IMG/VR virus record: IMGVR_UViG_3300037440_000010
Span: 1 to 28,593 of that record
Source of the DNA: a virus
Lineage: Duplodnaviria > Caudoviricetes
Length of the DNA: 28,593 bases
Direction: 5' to 3' (one strand)
A model generated the notes under the pieces. The model was not told where the DNA came from. It saw only the letters and a list, made by a program, of their open reading frames with translations, and searched no databases. This document shows, piece after piece, positions 27,614 to 28,593 of this stretch. The first letter of the stretch is position 1; every line of letters starts with the position of its first letter. The position numbers were made by a program, and so were the translations under genes.

Positions 27614-27802
27614 TTAATTGTCTTCTGCTCTTGGTACAGGCTTTAGAAGATCATCAATACTCATTGGCCCCACTCCTTCAGGAGGAGGTCTCTTATTTGG
27701 AAGATTAGACAATTCAGAAGAATTGCCATGCTTAGGCGTATTGATAGCCTGCTGCTCTTGCTTCTCAAGAGTTTCCGCTCTTTTATAAATATCTTTAGCC
27801 AT
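27614..27802 (-). CDS. Hypothetical 62-aa hydrophilic protein
   Basis: TAATG-coupled to the holin stop. Confidence 0.7.
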   Translation of the reverse strand: MAKDIYKRAETLEKQEQQAINTPKHGNSSELSNLPNKRPPPEGVGPMSIDDLLKPVPRAEDN

Positions 27803-28224
27803 TATTTCCCCTTCGGGATTACACCATTAAGTCTCTCATAGGTTCTTAGTCCACCAAGACCAAGCATACCCATAAGCAAAGTAAACAATTCAGCAGTATC
27901 AAGTGGAGGAGGAATATCTAGACCAACTAAAGGAGCAATCCAAGATAGCAGAGGTCTAAGCACAAAGCTATACCCAACCCCAGAAACAGATACCCAACCA
28001 ATAGCAGGTCTCCAACCAGATACGAATAAGTTAGGATTTGTGGCCTCAGCTTTGTTAATCTCAGTTTGAGCTATATTCAGAGCTTTAACTGCCTCAAGCT
28101 TTGCCAGCTCTCCTTGCTGTTCTAATTCAAGAACCTTTAATTTAGCCGCAGCAGCGGCTTGTTTGTCAGGAATTATCTTTTCGATAATAGCAAAGACAGA
28201 AGGAAGAAAGGCAGCAAGACTCAT
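27802..28224 (-). CDS. Holin of the 3-TM (GTA-holin-like) family
   Basis: IEKIIPD, QTEINKAEA...FVSGWRPAIGW and LLMGMLGLGGLRTYE family motifs; hydrophobic segments; GAGG RBS. Confidence 0.88.
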   Translation of the reverse strand: MSLAAFLPSVFAIIEKIIPDKQAAAAAKLKVLELEQQGELAKLEAVKALNIAQTEINKAEATNPNLFVSGWRPAIGWVSVSGVGYSFVLRPLLSWIAPLVGLDIPPPLDTAELFTLLMGMLGLGGLRTYERLNGVIPKGK

Positions 28225-28226
28225 AA

Positions 28227-28313
28227 AATGGGCCTCAGATGGTTTTTATCGGTATGTAGGGGATATATAAGATACATCCGAAGTTCAGGACGAACTGAGG
28301 ATAGACCCCCATT
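28227..28313 (-). promoter_or_regulatory. Structured 5' leader that pairs with the holin RBS
   Basis: Minus strand AATGGG..CCTCAG pairs with CTGAGG-CCCATT directly before TT-ATG, enclosing a TCGG-ATGTA/TACAT-CCGA stem. Confidence 0.5.
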
Positions 28314-28593
28314 AAAATTTTATATAATTTATATATTTTATAATTATATATTTATAATATCTGATTAAGATATTAATAATCATATGTCCTTAGACACCAG
28401 AAAAAGGCAAAAGTTCCCAAAGTTAACAATTTATTTTGTAAGTAATTGAATGTCTTGATAATTTATATTGGAAATTTTCTCGGGTTTAGATGCATAATAG
28501 GGCCTCCCCCCATCCCCCCTGCTCCCCCCATTCTGTCTTTTGATGCAACCGACTTACTTACATGTAAGTATGAGCATGGCTATGTGAGTTGTT
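28311..28593. promoter_or_regulatory. Non-coding control region: 50-bp pure A/T run, three C6 tracts and a 16-bp palindrome
   Basis: 28311-28360 has no G or C; C6 at 28506-28511, 28514-28519 and 28524-28529; TACTTACATGTAAGTA at 28555-28570. No credible ORF. Confidence 0.55.

Noticed and set aside
28159-28368. 69-aa + strand ORF over the holin start
   Set aside because: Antisense to the holin and runs into low-complexity A/T sequence; no coding support.
1-28593. CRISPR array, diversity-generating retroelement, IS element, intein or homing endonuclease
   Set aside because: No repeat-spacer array, reverse transcriptase, transposase or HNH motif seen; RNR and TerL are uninterrupted.

Overview
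About 28.6 kb of a lytic dsDNA podovirus-type phage genome with two convergent arms. The short + arm (1-3711) carries the end of a metallophosphoesterase-like gene, an M15-family endolysin, a small lipoprotein, several small ORFs, a CG-rich hairpin-dense island (~1090-1405) and a class II (B12-dependent) ribonucleotide reductase. The long - arm (28224 to 3792) is the late module: 3-TM holin, tRNA-Gly(TCC), small basic ORFs, tail fibre, small and large terminase, portal, scaffold, major capsid, decoration/fibre proteins, tail tubular A/B, GNAT protein, internal virion proteins (one with a lytic transglycosylase domain) and a distal four-gene module ending in a protein with 8 x 20-aa repeats. 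The arms meet at a strong hairpin terminator. Gene order, class II RNR and the convergent layout resemble Zobellviridae-like podoviruses (inference, no search run). The most interesting candidates are: (i) a probable structured RNA at ~1090-1405; (ii) a repeat-scaffold fibre module at 3792-6359; (iii) an atypical tRNA whose acceptor stem holds the Shine-Dalgarno of the gene starting directly after its CCA; (iv) an RBS-occluding leader in front of the holin. All product calls come from motif recognition and synteny only.
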